DNA of 50,597 nucleotides, from the sequence record SRR22947725_2318; one strand, 5' to 3'. Of this stretch, positions 48,498 through 50,597 are shown in pieces; positions within the stretch are counted from its first letter, which is position 1, and each line of letters starts with the position of its first letter. A model generated the notes under the pieces. That model did no database searches, was not told the origin of the DNA, and saw only the letters and a program-made list of their open reading frames with translations. Position numbers and translations under genes: made by a program.

Positions 48498-50597
48498 ATG
48501 ACATATCAAGCATCCAACCAAATCAAGCAATTGAAACAATGGCAGCGCTGGACATACCTGCTTCTTCTATTAACCATTTCCCATGGGGCTCATTTCTTGG
48601 AAGCTGCAAACTCGCTGACCTTTGGGCACACGTTTGAATGTGATTTCAATCCTGATTCAATGAATAACCTGCCACTTTTTCAATTAGAAAAAGAAAATGC
48701 TGAAGGATCACAAATCGCAGGGGTGGTTCTGCTTCCAGAATTTTTACCCGGCATTGAAGGGCTTGCGCTGCGGTCTCGGGAACCGGCTGATGGAATGATT
48801 TTTGATTTACTTTCTGACGAGGGTGCAACCCTGCCCCTAGCAAGCGGAAGCATGCGTTTCTGGTTCAAGCCTGATTGGAGTTCAGGGGAAGGTCCCGGTG
48901 GTTACGGAACCTTGATGAGCTTTGGGAAATGGAAAGCGCCTCCAGGTATGAGTGGGTATTGGGGGCTCAGTCTGGATCCCAAAGGCGAACGTATCGCGTT
49001 TGGTGCTCAATCAGAAAATAAGGGGATGACCTTCATTGCGACTTCGGTTTCTTTCAAGAAGGATAATTGGTATGAAATTGTTTTAACATATGATGCCAAT
49101 GCCACCTGGGTTTATATCGATGGTAAGGCACATGGGCCAGGACAAGGTGTCTCGTTCATTCCTCCTGAATCAGCTCTTGAATCGACCGGGTTTGCCCTGG
49201 GCAATACGCCAGAAGGTCATCAACCAGTAAAAGGCTTGATTGATGGGTTTGAAATTTTCAATTACCCACTCAGCCAGGTGGAGCATCAGTTCAAACACTT
49301 CGCGGTGAGTGCTCAGGTCTCCAAGGAACCTCTGAGCATCCGTCTCCAATGGCCATCCTTCAAAGATCGAACCTATGAAGTCAATCGGCGTTTATCGACC
49401 CGCAAAATCTGGATGCGTATCAGCATTAAAACCATGAAATCGATCCAGATAATATTGGGAATTTGGTTTTCTACTGTTCTTCAGGCGGTAGAAACTGACT
49501 CAAACTCCACAACGCTCCCGACACAAGATCGCCCGAATGTCCTTTGGATCTGTATCGAAGACTGGTCTCCTGATTTATCGTGCTATGGCACAGCAGGAGT
49601 CCATACGCCTTATGTCGACAAACTTGCTTCGGAGGGAATTCGTTACGAATGGGCATTCACTACCTCACCCGTTTGCTCCACCTCCAGATCGGCCATGATG
49701 ACCGGCTTCCATCAAAACTACATCAGAGCCAATCAACACCGTGAAAACAACAAGCAACCCTTACCTCATGGGGTCCGTCCCATCCCCCATCTACTCGCTG
49801 AATCAGGATATTTTACGGCGATCATGAGCAAGAAAACCGACTGTAATTTCATCCCAGACAAACGCAAAGCATTGTTTCAGGGCACGGATTGGAACCAGAG
49901 AAAACCCGGGCAACCCTTTTTTGCACGCATGACTTTCCCCGGGACCCACCGATCATGGAAAAGGGATCCGGATCGCCCCATCGATATCAAGGATGTCGAG
50001 CTCCCCCCCTATTACCCGAACACATCGTTCGCTCGCCGCGACTGGGCGAATGGTCTCGAACAAATGCAGCTGGTGGATCGTCAAATCGGCGAACTCCTCA
50101 CCAGACTCGACAAAGAGGGATTGGCTGACAATACGATTGTCTTTTTTATTGGCGATCATGGACGTTGTCATATTCGTGGAAAACAGTTCCTCTATGATGG
50201 TGGCATCCGTATTCCCATGATCATGCGCTGGCCGGACAAAGTAAAACCTGGACAGGTATCGAGCGATTTAGTCACGTCGATCGATATTTGTGCCACAGTG
50301 CTGGAAGTTGCCGGAGTCACGGCACCCGTTCCTTTACACGGGAAAAGTTTGTTCAGTGAAGATATAAAAAAACGCAGGCACATTTTTGCAGCTCGCGATA
50401 AAATGGATGAAACCCATGATGCCATGCGGGCCATTCGATCCAAGAGATTCAAGCTCATCCAGAACCTCATGCCTGAACGACCATGGTGCCAATTCAATCG
50501 CTACAAGGAAAGCGCCTACCCCGTCTTGGCGGAAATGAACATCCTGAACATCAAGGGGCAACTCACCCCTGAACAAGCAAGGTTCTTTGCACCAGTC
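48498..50597 (+). CDS. LamG-like domain + sulfatase, 3'-partial (sulfatase may start independently at 49434)
   Basis: Hand translation shows one open frame from the ATG at 48498 to the window end. It holds a LamG-like part (RFWFKPDW..WYEIVLTYD..YIDG..GLIDGFEIFNYPLS), then a second signal peptide MKSIQIILGIW, then sulfatase motifs RPNVLWICIED, CSTSRSAMMTG, GDHG and GKQFLY. Confidence 0.85.
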   Translation, partial: MTYQASNQIKQLKQWQRWTYLLLLLTISHGAHFLEAANSLTFGHTFECDFNPDSMNNLPLFQLEKENAEGSQIAGVVLLPEFLPGIEGLALRSREPADGMIFDLLSDEGATLPLASGSMRFWFKPDWSSGEGPGGYGTLMSFGKWKAPPGMSGYWGLSLDPKGERIAFGAQSENKGMTFIATSVSFKKDNWYEIVLTYDANATWVYIDGKAHGPGQGVSFIPPESALESTGFALGNTPEGHQPVKGLIDGFEIFNYPLSQVEHQFKHFAVSAQVSKEPLSIRLQWPSFKDRTYEVNRRLSTRKIWMRISIKTMKSIQIILGIWFSTVLQAVETDSNSTTLPTQDRPNVLWICIEDWSPDLSCYGTAGVHTPYVDKLASEGIRYEWAFTTSPVCSTSRSAMMTGFHQNYIRANQHRENNKQPLPHGVRPIPHLLAESGYFTAIMSKKTDCNFIPDKRKALFQGTDWNQRKPGQPFFARMTFPGTHRSWKRDPDRPIDIKDVELPPYYPNTSFARRDWANGLEQMQLVDRQIGELLTRLDKEGLADNTIVFFIGDHGRCHIRGKQFLYDGGIRIPMIMRWPDKVKPGQVSSDLVTSIDICATVLEVAGVTAPVPLHGKSLFSEDIKKRRHIFAARDKMDETHDAMRAIRSKRFKLIQNLMPERPWCQFNRYKESAYPVLAEMNILNIKGQLTPEQARFFAPV

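Noticed and set aside
1-50597. rRNA, tRNA, CRISPR arrays, transposases, integrases and defence genes
   Set aside because: None recognised by eye anywhere in the window.

Overview
Bacterial chromosomal window, most likely from a Verrucomicrobiota member of the PVC superphylum. This is inferred from the DUF1501/DUF1549-DUF1553/DUF1800 gene pairs, an H-X9-DG prepilin-like gene, an ECF-FecR pair and a sulfatase. Core genes are uvrB, argJ-argB-argD-argF, recQ, leuS, leuD, prc and glcD, interleaved with secreted-protein and carbohydrate genes. No rRNA, tRNA, CRISPR array or transposase was seen. Main points of interest: (1) A minus-strand cassette encodes an ECF sigma, anti-sigma, Spy/CpxP-like protein, redoxin, cytochrome c-fused PHM/DBH-type copper monooxygenase and EF-hand lipoprotein. 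It has a repeated xTAAC-N17-xGTAT promoter motif and is followed by a Temptin-like, CxxCH-bearing CHRD protein. (2) A 19-codon Arg-rich leader ORF with an overlapping hairpin lies upstream of argJ and is a candidate arginine attenuator. (3) A long rod-like RNA structure follows recQ. (4) An internally deleted Asp/Asn beta-hydroxylase pseudogene is present. (5) An in-frame LamG-sulfatase ORF at the right edge is missing from the ORF track. (6) Several genes show leaderless promoter geometry. All family assignments come from motif recognition by eye; no database searches were run.
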